Below, piece by piece: positions 6,905 through 14,468 of a DNA stretch of 16,902 nt (positions are counted from its first letter, which is position 1; each line of letters opens with the position of its first letter). Source of the stretch: a virus (lineage: Duplodnaviria; Heunggongvirae; Uroviricota; Caudoviricetes); IMG/VR virus record IMGVR_UViG_2778260993_000018, positions 1 through 16,902 of that record; one strand, given 5' to 3'. Below the pieces are notes generated by a model. It saw only the letters and a program-made list of their open reading frames with translations, ran no database searches and had not been told where the DNA came from. The position numbers and the translations under genes were made by a program.

Positions 6905-6933
6905 ACAATAGCCAAAGCGTTTGATTGTGTCAA
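6905..6933 (-). promoter_or_regulatory. Candidate leftward early promoter (PL-like)
   Basis: On the minus strand: TTGACA (6933..6928), 17-nt spacer, TATTGT (6910..6905), about 20 nt upstream of the Shine-Dalgarno of the dual-HTH gene. The operator-like 12-mer CAATCGCTATAG (6931-6942) overlaps the -35. Confidence 0.45.
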
Positions 6934-7021
6934 TCGCTATAGCTATGTATTTTGGGCAGCAAAGAACAGATTATGAGAGAAATGAGACGATACGTAGGGA
7001 GTTGAGATACAGGAAAGTAGA

Positions 7022-7042
7022 GCAGCTGCGCAATACAGCTGC
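7022..7042 (-). terminator. Hairpin downstream of cI (GCAGCTG-n7-CAGCTGC); weak terminator candidate
   Basis: Perfect 7-bp stem about 15 nt after the cI stop. The following minus-strand sequence is only moderately U-rich. Confidence 0.3.
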
Positions 7043-7055
7043 CGGTGATGTTGAC

Positions 7056-7760
7056 TTATCCGACCCTGTTATACTGGATTGACTGATGAATGAGAACTTT
7101 CCCCATTATGAATAGATGTTCTTCAGTTGATTCACTTATAAACCATTCCTTGTAGGCCGGATTGTCTGATATAACAGCAAGTTGCATCCCTTGCATTTGC
7201 AGGCGTTTGATATGGAAAGTGTGCCCAAAAATAAAAATATAGATACCGTCAGTTTCAAAATTTCTGACGGATACGTCGACAAACACCTGATCTCCTGCAC
7301 ACAGAGTAGGAGCCATGCTGTCGCCATCAACTGTTATCATCTTTATGATATTTGCTGGCCTGCTACAGAACAGACGTCTTGCGGCGTCATGTGAAAATTC
7401 TATAGCATGGACCGTTTCTGCAAAATCTGAAACAAGGAATGTTCCTGGTCCCGCGCTGGCAGCGATATCCAGGACTTCCACACGAAAAATATCCTTATCA
7501 TTTTCCAGCGGGGAATATGATACCTGTGGTGTCGGATTGCAGGATGTGCTTTCTTCTGGGGTCATAGGACCAACACCGTACGATAGCCACTCGGGGCGCA
7601 CGTTCAGGGTATTGGCTATCTCCACAACTTTCCTGGAGCCTGTGGCACCATTAACCAGTTTATTTACGCTCGATTGAGCCATGCCAACCTCTCTGGCCAG
7701 TTTTCCCTGCGAGTATCCGCGGATAGTCATAGCTAACTGTAGCCTGTCTGAAAAGCTCAT
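7056..7760 (-). CDS. cI: CI-like prophage repressor (N-terminal HTH, C-terminal LexA/S24 autopeptidase domain), 234 aa
   Basis: HTH (..RGYSQGKLAREVGMAQSSVNKLVNG..) and S24 signature (..VDGDSMAPTL.. with downstream ..IMGKVL..). ATG at 7760 preceded by AAGGAGG with a 5-nt spacer; the upstream 25 codons of the ORF-track call are probably untranslated. Divergent from cro. Confidence 0.85.
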   Translation of the reverse strand: MSFSDRLQLAMTIRGYSQGKLAREVGMAQSSVNKLVNGATGSRKVVEIANTLNVRPEWLSYGVGPMTPEESTSCNPTPQVSYSPLENDKDIFRVEVLDIAASAGPGTFLVSDFAETVHAIEFSHDAARRLFCSRPANIIKMITVDGDSMAPTLCAGDQVFVDVSVRNFETDGIYIFIFGHTFHIKRLQMQGMQLAVISDNPAYKEWFISESTEEHLFIMGKVLIHQSIQYNRVG

Positions 7761-7786
7761 AAGTCCTCCTTTTTCTGCCCTTTTAG

Positions 7787-7858
7787 TATATCGCCTTAGC
7801 GATATATACACAAACCGCTTTTCCGTACATTGCAATCGCTTTAATCAATCGCTATAGT
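7787..7858. promoter_or_regulatory. cI-cro intergenic switch region: candidate operators with rightward and leftward promoters
   Basis: 20-bp palindrome TATATCGC-CTTA-GCGATATA (7787-7806). Direct repeat CAATCGCT at 7833-7840 and 7846-7853. Candidate rightward promoter TTGCAA (7830-7835), 17-nt spacer, TATAGT (7853-7858). Candidate leftward maintenance promoter on the minus strand: TTGTGT (7813..7808) and TATACT (7790..7785). Confidence 0.5.
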
Positions 7859-7883
7859 GAATGAAATCAGGTTGGAGGTCGAT

Positions 7884-8147
7884 ATGAAAAATGAAGGTAT
7901 AGCCAAGGCTGTAGATATTGCGGGAAGCCAGATTGCTCTGGCTAGGCGTTGTGGTCGCGCGCAGTCAACAATTTGCGACTGGCTGAATGGGAAGAAAAAA
8001 ATTTCTCCTGAATTTGTTCCGTCTCTGGTTAAGGCGGTCGATGGGAAAGTCCAGGCGTATGAATTTCGTCCTGATCTACCGGAGCTTTTCCCACACCCAA
8101 GTTTAGCGCACACAGAAGATGGAGTGTGCGAAGGAGATAAACAGTGA
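7884..8147 (+). CDS. cro: Cro-like small helix-turn-helix regulator, 87 aa
   Basis: GGAGG Shine-Dalgarno 5 nt before the ATG at 7884. HTH-like segment ..SQIALARRCGRAQSTICDWLNG... Divergent from cI. The ORF-track start at 7857 is less likely. Confidence 0.7.
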   Translation: MKNEGIAKAVDIAGSQIALARRCGRAQSTICDWLNGKKKISPEFVPSLVKAVDGKVQAYEFRPDLPELFPHPSLAHTEDGVCEGDKQ

Positions 8148-8851
8148 ATACAACAATTTTTACCGATAAAGCATCCATGACCAGTATTGAGATAGCTGAG
8201 CTGGTGGGAAGCAGACCAGATAGTGTTAAGAGAACTATTGAAACACTGGCTAAAAAGGGAATCATCCAATTTCCACAGACTGTGGAAATTGAGAATAAAC
8301 AATCACTTGGGCCTCGCCGATTTTCTAGCGCGTATGTATTCGAAGGTGAACGAGGCAAACGCGACAGCATTATTGTTGTCGCACAGCTTTGCCCTGAATT
8401 CACTGCCCGCCTGGTAGATCGCTGGCGTGAACTGGAAGAACAAATCCGTAAACCGATGAGCCAGATTGAAATGGTTGCTGCAATGGCACTTGAAGCCGTT
8501 CGTCAACAAAGACGTCTTGAGCAGGTGGAAGAGAAAGTCACCCACGTTACTGAAACCGTCGAGAAAATCAAAAGAGGCACCATACGCGATGGTTATGCAG
8601 GCTACCGTCAGCTGGTGGCGAAAACGGGTATGTCAGATGCGAAATGCCGCAATCTGGTGAACGCATATCAGATCCCTACCGACACCCATGAGTTCATGAC
8701 GCCGGATGGATTGTTGTCGCGTCGCGCGATTGTTGCAGTAGAACCTTTCATGGCTGCTTTTCATCGCATGATGAGTGAAGCAGAGCCACGAGGTGCACGC
8801 TGGTATCACCCGAAAATGGGGTTGTTCCAGGCGCTGGGCTGGCAGGTGTAA
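8144..8851 (+). CDS. Phage regulatory / antirepressor-like protein (Rha or ORF6N-like N-terminal DNA-binding domain), 235 aa
   Basis: GTG start overlapping the cro stop (GTGA), with AAGGAG 7 nt upstream. N-terminus ..MTSIEIAELVGSRPDSVKRTIETLAKKG.. resembles phage Rha/antirepressor N-domains (recalled). Confidence 0.6.
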   Translation: MNTTIFTDKASMTSIEIAELVGSRPDSVKRTIETLAKKGIIQFPQTVEIENKQSLGPRRFSSAYVFEGERGKRDSIIVVAQLCPEFTARLVDRWRELEEQIRKPMSQIEMVAAMALEAVRQQRRLEQVEEKVTHVTETVEKIKRGTIRDGYAGYRQLVAKTGMSDAKCRNLVNAYQIPTDTHEFMTPDGLLSRRAIVAVEPFMAAFHRMMSEAEPRGARWYHPKMGLFQALGWQV

Positions 8852-8853
8852 TT

Positions 8854-9687
8854 ATGCTCACAGGTAACACATGCAAGTACTCAATCGCTGGTTCCGTGAT
8901 GGAAGGGGGCGTCGCGTCCACATTATACGCTGGGAGCCTGAAACACAGCGGGTTATTTACCTGCGTGATGGTTATCCGCATGAATGCTTCAGCCCGCTGT
9001 GGTTGTTTCGTCGTGATTTTGTTGAGTGTGAAGCGCCACCAGCATATTGATTCTGCAATTCCGGGACGTTACACTGTTCTGGCACCTTATAAAGCGGGTG
9101 CCGGGGGTCGCAGCCCGGAATTGCATACGGCGATATACGACGCGCCAGCGTCTTTTTTATCGTCCGCGCTCACGCACGCCAGAATTATGGTGGGCTGGGC
9201 AGGGGAGCCGAAAGGCTCGCCGGTTTCCGTATGCGCCGGTACTGCGAACCCTGTTCAGTCTGCCACCAGTGAGTTTCGCAGCTCCGGTGGTGGAAGTTAT
9301 CCATTGCATACGGAGGCTGCCATCATGGCTACAGACCCAACTTCCCCATACCTGAAAATCGAAGTCGTCAACGGCAAGGCCGTTATTTTCTCCCTGCATG
9401 TTGCCTGCCATTTCAAGCGCATGCACCAGAACATCGTCGACAAAATCGAGTATCTGAACTGCTCGCGCGAATTTTTTACCCGCAATTTCATACCGGGTAC
9501 TTATCACATCTATGGTGACTCCCTGCGTGGTTATTACATCACCTTTGATGGCCTGATGATGCTTCAGCTTGGGTTAAGTCTACGCACAATGCGGTACTAC
9601 GAGAGCTGCATTGAAGCATTCCATGAGGCAGGGAACAGCCTGAATCTTACCGCTTTCCGCCGTAATCAGTGGGAGGCGCGTCCATGA
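8854..9687 (+). CDS. Rha-family (Phage_pRha-like) regulatory protein; start uncertain (Rha-like domain begins at ATG 9325)
   Basis: C-terminal half (..KIEVVNGKAVIFSLHVACHFKRMHQNIVDKIEYL..FIPGTYHIYGDSLRGYYITFDGLMMLQLG..) fits the Rha pattern. GGAGG with 8-nt spacer precedes the ATG at 9325. The upstream in-frame 157 codons contain a promoter-like box and a terminator hairpin and may not all be coding. Ends ..EARP with an ATGA overlap to the next ORF. Confidence 0.55.
   Translation: MLTGNTCKYSIAGSVMEGGVASTLYAGSLKHSGLFTCVMVIRMNASARCGCFVVILLSVKRHQHIDSAIPGRYTVLAPYKAGAGGRSPELHTAIYDAPASFLSSALTHARIMVGWAGEPKGSPVSVCAGTANPVQSATSEFRSSGGGSYPLHTEAAIMATDPTSPYLKIEVVNGKAVIFSLHVACHFKRMHQNIVDKIEYLNCSREFFTRNFIPGTYHIYGDSLRGYYITFDGLMMLQLGLSLRTMRYYESCIEAFHEAGNSLNLTAFRRNQWEARP
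9047..9158 (+). ncRNA. Candidate small RNA / leader unit A: promoter box, 5' stem-loop and intrinsic terminator (RNA about 9082-9158)
   Basis: TTGATT (9047-9052), 17-nt spacer, TACACT (9070-9075). 5' stem CTGGCACC/GGTGCCGG (9079-9104). Terminator GACGC-gcca-GCGTC followed by six T (9139-9158). Paralogous to unit B. Confidence 0.35.
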
Positions 9688-9878
9688 TTAGTTACGAAAT
9701 TATTATTTCCACAACTGAATACAGAAACGATGTATCAGTTCGCACGGATGTATCTGTCTGGCACCGTCGCTATAAATCCAGAAAAACAGCGGAACTGAAA
9801 GCGGCAGAGATGTGTGAAACCATCTCAATGAAAGGTAGCCCGGTTAAATACGTAACTACGGCGGAGGTGCGTCCATGA
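9684..9878 (+). CDS. Hypothetical small protein, 64 aa
   Basis: ATG at 9684 within the junction GGAGGCGCGTCCATGA (ATGA overlap with the upstream stop). Ends ..AEVRP and is followed by the same junction. AT-rich relative to its neighbours. Confidence 0.45.
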   Translation: MISYEIIISTTEYRNDVSVRTDVSVWHRRYKSRKTAELKAAEMCETISMKGSPVKYVTTAEVRP

Positions 9879-10723
9879 TCCGCTACCTGAATATTGATTC
9901 TGCCATTCCGGGACGTTACACTGTTCTGGCACCTTATAAAGCGGGTGCTGGGATTGGCGTCCTGAAATTTACAGAAGAGCATAACCGCGCTCATGCGGTT
10001 TTTTCGTGTCATGAGCATTGCTACGCCCAAATTATGGTGGGGCGTGCAGGGGCATCGCAAGATGCGCCGGGTTCTTCTGTGACCGGTTACGCCAACCCTG
10101 TACGTCTCACCACCTCTGTGATTGGCGTCCCATGTGGTGAGTGTTTTAAACTCACAGAAGGGGCTGTCATCATGACTACTCTCCCAACCATCGCTCAACC
10201 TGAACTTTGCATTGTTGCTGGCAAAGTGGTTACTTCTTCTCTGTCTGTTGCTAGTTATTTCCGCAAACAACACAAAAATGTCATTCAAAAAATTGCGTCT
10301 CTTGAATGCTCTGCCGAATTTACTGAGCTGAATTTTCAGCCCAGTGATTACACTGACGTATCAGGCCGCAAACTTCCCTGCTACCAAATCACCCGCGACG
10401 GCTTTGCGTTTCTTGCTATGGGCTTCACTGGTAAACGTGCTACCCGGTTCAAAGAGGCATACATCAATGCCTTTAACCAGATGGAGAAGAGTTTATCAGG
10501 TGCCGATGCGTCTGATATGTCAGCTGTCGCACGAAACGCCAGAGGCGTATACCTGCATTTGCGTGAAATCCATCAAATCTGGACAAGCCAGCTTTATCCA
10601 ATGCTTAAGGCTGTTGAATCTCCGCTGGCCAGCAAACTGTACGACCGTGTAGGTGATGCTGTTTTTGGTGCTGCACTTGTTGATTCCTGGCTGAATGGTT
10701 CTGACAAGGAGGTGCGTCCATGA
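9875..10723 (+). CDS. Rha-family (Phage_pRha-like) regulatory protein, 282 aa; Rha-like domain begins near ATG 10172
   Basis: ..PELCIVAGKVVTSSLSVASYFRKQHKNVIQKIASLE..NFQPSDYTDVSGRKLPCYQITRDGFAFLAMGFTGKRATRFKEAYINAFNQME.. fits the Rha pattern. Start at 9875 uses the conserved junction GGAGGTGCGTCCATGA. N-terminal 99 codons are paralogous to the leader of the previous gene. Confidence 0.6.
   Translation: MIRYLNIDSAIPGRYTVLAPYKAGAGIGVLKFTEEHNRAHAVFSCHEHCYAQIMVGRAGASQDAPGSSVTGYANPVRLTTSVIGVPCGECFKLTEGAVIMTTLPTIAQPELCIVAGKVVTSSLSVASYFRKQHKNVIQKIASLECSAEFTELNFQPSDYTDVSGRKLPCYQITRDGFAFLAMGFTGKRATRFKEAYINAFNQMEKSLSGADASDMSAVARNARGVYLHLREIHQIWTSQLYPMLKAVESPLASKLYDRVGDAVFGAALVDSWLNGSDKEVRP
9894..10004 (+). 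ncRNA. Candidate small RNA / leader unit B: promoter box, 5' stem-loop and intrinsic terminator (RNA about 9929-10004)
   Basis: TTGATT (9894-9899), 17-nt spacer, TACACT (9917-9922). 5' stem preserved through a C-to-T change giving a G-U wobble. Terminator AACCGC-gctcat-GCGGTT with a T-run (9983-10004) at the same relative position as in unit A, with a different stem sequence. Confidence 0.35.
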
Positions 10724-10944
10724 TCCGCCACATCGTTAATTTCCTGTATCACCGATACAACCATTGCCCCCGTGTGGGGCAGTGGTTCACCACCAGCAAC
10801 GGACACGTTCTGCGGGTTTGCCTGGTCAATACAGAAAGCCAGAAGGTTGTCTGCCAGGTTCAGGGACGTACTCATACCCTGAGTTATCCGCTGGTGGCGT
10901 TTCAGTCCGGAAAAATGTTTAAGCGTCTGGGAGGTGCCGTATGA
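10720..10944 (+). CDS. Hypothetical small protein, 74 aa
   Basis: Starts at the conserved junction GGAGGTGCGTCCATGA (10708-10723). Stop overlaps the ATG of the replication initiator through a related junction GGAGGTGCCGTATGA. Confidence 0.45.
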   Translation: MIRHIVNFLYHRYNHCPRVGQWFTTSNGHVLRVCLVNTESQKVVCQVQGRTHTLSYPLVAFQSGKMFKRLGGAV

Positions 10945-11882
10945 GTAGCAAAATCCTAGGTAATGTCTGGGATGCATGTGCAGCATATGGCATCAAAGGT
11001 GCAAAACTGATGATTATGGCGCGCCTGGCGGATTATTCGAATGATGACGGGGTGTGCTACCCAGGTGTTGAAACCATATGTCGACAGCTTGGATTGGGAG
11101 AAAGTACAGTCAGAACGGCAATCTCCGAACTGGAGGCTGATGGCTGGCTGACGCGTCAGTCACGCCGCAAAGGTAACCGTAATACGTCCAATCTTTATCA
11201 TCTGAATGCTGATCGGCTTGAGCTGCTTGCCAGAACAGAGCGGGATAAGGTTGCAGAACTGAAACAGCAGCGCAGACTTTCAGTATTACGTGACCCTTCA
11301 GATTCTGAACCTTCAAAATCTGAACCTTCAAAATCTGAACCGTCAGAATCTGTATGTTCAGGCGTGTTTGACCCTTCAGATTCTGGCAAAAATACGCGTT
11401 TGACCCTTCAGAATCTGACCCCAGATCCACAAGGTTTAAAACATGAACCACCAGTAAATTCAAAACATGAACCGCAAGATATTGGCGCATCCGCTGACGC
11501 GTCTGCACCAGCGCGTTCTGCCAGACAGGAATATTCACCGGAATTTGAACAGGCCTGGCAGGAATATCCCAAACGTGCTGGTGGTAATTCCAAGTCAGCA
11601 GCCTTCAAAGCCTGGAAAGCCCGAATCAGGGAAGGTGTGACACCAGAAACCATGCTCAACGGTGTGAAACGCTATGCTGCCTGGGTGCGTGTCTCAGGAA
11701 ATACCGGCACCCAGTTCGTGAAGCAGGCGTCGACGTTCTTTGGACCCGATCGTCACTTCGAAGATTTCTGGCAACAGCCAGCAGCTCCCGGAGGTGGGCG
11801 ACAGCGACAGGTCGATGTCCTGGCTGGCCTGGGAGCCATGTCTGACAAATTCGGTAAATCCAGTGACAAATTGACATTCTGA
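10941..11882 (+). CDS. Phage replication initiation protein (lambda O-like replisome organiser; N-terminal HTH, internal iteron-encoded linker), 313 aa
   Basis: N-terminal helix-turn-helix-like region (..YPGVETICRQLGLGESTVRTAISELEADGWLTRQ..). Internal tandem DNA repeats encode a low-complexity DPSDSEPSKSEPSKSEPSES linker. Immediately followed by DnaC-like and DnaB-like genes. Confidence 0.75.
   Translation: MSSKILGNVWDACAAYGIKGAKLMIMARLADYSNDDGVCYPGVETICRQLGLGESTVRTAISELEADGWLTRQSRRKGNRNTSNLYHLNADRLELLARTERDKVAELKQQRRLSVLRDPSDSEPSKSEPSKSEPSESVCSGVFDPSDSGKNTRLTLQNLTPDPQGLKHEPPVNSKHEPQDIGASADASAPARSARQEYSPEFEQAWQEYPKRAGGNSKSAAFKAWKARIREGVTPETMLNGVKRYAAWVRVSGNTGTQFVKQASTFFGPDRHFEDFWQQPAAPGGGRQRQVDVLAGLGAMSDKFGKSSDKLTF
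11291..11417. repeat. Iteron array (candidate phage origin of replication) inside the initiator gene
   Basis: Six copies of a motif with palindromic core TCAGAWTCTGA: four in tandem at 15-bp spacing (about 11292-11352), two more at about 11369-11385 and 11400-11417. Followed by an A-rich stretch with a duplicated AAAACATGAACC (11441-11480). Confidence 0.7.
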
Positions 11883-11892
11883 GGTGACAGCG

Positions 11893-12771
11893 ATGATGAC
11901 GTTTAACCTGCGTGAACAACAAACAAGACTACAGGCGCGGATGGATGAGTTACGGGCAGAGATTGCATTTGCTCAGAAGGGCGAAAAACCATGGCCTTAT
12001 CGTTCCTGCTGGATGCGTGAAGGGCGCGGGTGTTGCGAAAAACATGGCGAATACCACACACATATTCTGGTGTGGAGGGATCGTAATGGCGAGGACAGAG
12101 AAAAAATTTCATGCTGCCCTGACTGCTTGATAGCTGAGGCCAACGATTTGACCATGGAGCTGTCGTCCCTCAAGGCGGAAGAACTGACTGATAACGCCGG
12201 AATTGCTCTGCGTTTTCGGGACTGCGAGTTTGATAATTATCTGGAGGTTAATCCTGACGCAGCCAGAAATCTTGCGGCCTGTCGCCGCTATGCGGAGAAC
12301 TGGCCAGATATGCTGGAGAACGGTACCAGTCTTGTTATGACCGGCAGTTGCGGTACCGGGAAAAATCATCTGGCGGTATCAATGGCAAAACACATCATCC
12401 GTAACTATCTGGCCAGTGTGGAGATCACCGACGTGATGCGCCTTACCCGGGCTGTGAAAAACTGCTGGCGGAATGACAGTGAAAAAACAGCGGATGACGT
12501 CATTGAGCATTATGCGTCACTGGATTTGCTGATTGTCGACGAAGTCGGCGTTCAGTTTGGCAGTGCGGCTGAAATGGCCATTTTGCAGGAAATTATCAAT
12601 GCCCGGTATGAGGGTATTTTGCCAACTATCCTGATCAGCAACCTTTCACCGGAAGAATTGTGGGCGTTCATCAGTCCCCGGATTGCCGACAGGATCACCG
12701 ATGGCGGGCGCAACTGGTTGTCGTTTAACTGGCCCAGCTACCGTTCTCGTATCGGAGGTGTTGCCGCATGA
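11893..12771 (+). CDS. DnaC-like helicase loader (IstB-like AAA+ ATPase) with N-terminal Cys/His cluster
   Basis: Walker A ..GSCGTGKNHLA.. and Walker B ..LLIVDEVG... N-terminal CCEKHGEYHTH..CCPDC cluster. ATG at 11893 with GAGG 8 nt upstream; the ORF-track GTG at 11884 is the alternative. Confidence 0.85.
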   Translation: MMTFNLREQQTRLQARMDELRAEIAFAQKGEKPWPYRSCWMREGRGCCEKHGEYHTHILVWRDRNGEDREKISCCPDCLIAEANDLTMELSSLKAEELTDNAGIALRFRDCEFDNYLEVNPDAARNLAACRRYAENWPDMLENGTSLVMTGSCGTGKNHLAVSMAKHIIRNYLASVEITDVMRLTRAVKNCWRNDSEKTADDVIEHYASLDLLIVDEVGVQFGSAAEMAILQEIINARYEGILPTILISNLSPEELWAFISPRIADRITDGGRNWLSFNWPSYRSRIGGVAA

Positions 12772-14168
12772 CCAGCCAGAACACCCCGGCATGGCGTAAC
12801 GATGACCTGGAAGGCGCTGTCATCGGTGCGTTTTTTCTGCGTGGGGCCGATCCGGAAGTGATGGATATTCTGGCCACACTTCCGGCGGATGTATTTTTTG
12901 TGCGTCAGTACCGGGATATTTACGCGGGGATTTGCAGACAGGCTCGCATATCCGGCGTCATTGACCCCGTACTGCTGTGCAATGAGATGCCGGAACTTGC
13001 CCCGGTGATTACCGACACCGGACGCAAAACCTGGGTGAAGTCTTCACTGGAGCACTATGTCGCAGCGTTGCGGCGCAATGCCGCACTGCGCGATGCAGAA
13101 AAAACACTGACTGAAGCATTACAGAATTTACGTGATGCGTATACCTGTGAAGCAGCCGAGGATGCCCTGAAGGATGCGCAGAACATGATGGCCTCACTGT
13201 CGACCGGAAAGGGCGTCATTCAGCCGGTTCACATTGATGATGTCCTTCCGGAAGTGGTCGACCGTGTTGAATGCCGCAATCAGGGACTGGAGAAATCCAG
13301 GGCGCTGATGACCGGTATTGATGAACTGGACGCAAAAACGGGCGGTATGGAGCCCGGAGACCTGGTATTCATTGCCGCCCGTCCTTCGATGGGGAAAACC
13401 GAACTTGCGCTGGACATCATCGACAAGGTGACTGAGCAGGGGCATGGCGTGCTTCTGTTCACCATGGAGATGGCGAACATCCAGATTGGTGAACGTATGG
13501 TGTCTGCTGCAGGGGGAATGCCGGTATCCCGTCTTAAGTCTGTTGCCCGTTTTGAAGACGAAGACTGGGCACGTTTCTCACAGGGCGTGGGACGAATGAC
13601 GGGGCGTAATATCTGGATGGTGGACCAGGCAAACCTGACCATTGATGAGATATGTGCAACCACGAAGCACCACCGGATGAAACACCCGGAAACGGCGCTG
13701 GTGGTGGTCGATTACCTCGGCCTGATTAAAACCCGCAGCACGGGGCGTCACGACCTTGCGGTGGGGGAAATCTCAAAGGGACTTAAAAGCCTGGCAAAAT
13801 CCGGCGGTTTTCCGCTGATTGCTCTGAGCCAGCTCTCCCGCGGCGTGGAATCCAGACCCAATAAACGCCCAATGAACTCGGACCTGAAAAACTCCGGGGA
13901 AATCGAGGCGGATGCCGACATCATTCTGATGCTTTACAGGGATGAGGTATACAACCCGGAAACTCAGGCCAGAGGCATAGCAGAAATCAACATCACGAAA
14001 CAGCGTAATGGCACGCTCGGGACCATTTACCGGCGTTTTCATAACGGACATTTTCTGCCTGTGGACCAGGAGAGTGCCCGGGTTCTTTCCACACCCATGA
14101 CGCCGGGCAATCCGCGCAGATACAGCAATAACCGCATGTCGGGCAGTAAAACGGAGCGTTTATTTTGA
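12768..14168 (+). CDS. DnaB-family replicative DNA helicase, 466 aa
   Basis: RecA-like core with Walker A ..ARPSMGKTELALDI.., Walker B ..LVVVDYLGLI.. and ..ALSQLSRGVESR... Start overlaps the loader stop (ATGA). Confidence 0.9.
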   Translation: MTSQNTPAWRNDDLEGAVIGAFFLRGADPEVMDILATLPADVFFVRQYRDIYAGICRQARISGVIDPVLLCNEMPELAPVITDTGRKTWVKSSLEHYVAALRRNAALRDAEKTLTEALQNLRDAYTCEAAEDALKDAQNMMASLSTGKGVIQPVHIDDVLPEVVDRVECRNQGLEKSRALMTGIDELDAKTGGMEPGDLVFIAARPSMGKTELALDIIDKVTEQGHGVLLFTMEMANIQIGERMVSAAGGMPVSRLKSVARFEDEDWARFSQGVGRMTGRNIWMVDQANLTIDEICATTKHHRMKHPETALVVVDYLGLIKTRSTGRHDLAVGEISKGLKSLAKSGGFPLIALSQLSRGVESRPNKRPMNSDLKNSGEIEADADIILMLYRDEVYNPETQARGIAEINITKQRNGTLGTIYRRFHNGHFLPVDQESARVLSTPMTPGNPRRYSNNRMSGSKTERLF

Positions 14169-14422
14169 ACAACAGAACAATCACTGTTTCACCGGAACAA
14201 CTTCGTCGGCAGGCGCAGGAGATGCTTCGTTGTGCTGAACAGATGGAAAAAACGAGCGTGAAAAAAGATACGCTCCGCAAGCAGCTTACTCCGGCGCTTC
14301 GTGATCTGCTGCAGGCAAAACACCGCACACAAAAGGCGGTGGATGAGCTGGTGGATTGCGTGGCGGAATTGGAAGGACAGGTAAGCCAGTTTGAAACGCT
14401 GGTGAAGGAGTTTACTGCGTGA
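14165..14422 (+). CDS. Hypothetical small coiled-coil protein, 85 aa
   Basis: TTG start overlapping the dnaB-like stop, with ACGGAG upstream. Charged helical sequence, no recognisable domain. Start uncertain. Confidence 0.4.
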   Translation: MNNRTITVSPEQLRRQAQEMLRCAEQMEKTSVKKDTLRKQLTPALRDLLQAKHRTQKAVDELVDCVAELEGQVSQFETLVKEFTA

Positions 14423-14468
14423 TGGCTGAATTTTTTTCTCCTGCGTTCATGCAATACCGTTCGCTGAG

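Noticed and set aside
7761-7835. 25-codon N-terminal extension of cI in the ORF track (start at 7835)
   Set aside because: The extension would run across the operator/promoter region; the internal ATG at 7760 has a strong AAGGAGG ribosome-binding site.
8854-10171. Treating the leader segments purely as protein N-terminal domains
   Set aside because: Not fully rejected. Down-weighted because the conserved hairpin plus T-run with compensatory stem changes and very low amino-acid identity in the same stretch point to RNA-level function; both readings are reported.
11291-11352. Possible CRISPR-like array (tandem 15-bp repeats)
   Set aside because: Repeats are only about 15 bp, directly abutting with no spacers, and lie in frame inside a coding gene; the palindromic core fits origin iterons instead.
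11110-11922. Minus-strand ORFs (142, 63, 83, 88 aa) across the initiator gene
   Set aside because: Antisense to the replication initiator; partly generated by the iteron repeats, which stay open in several frames.
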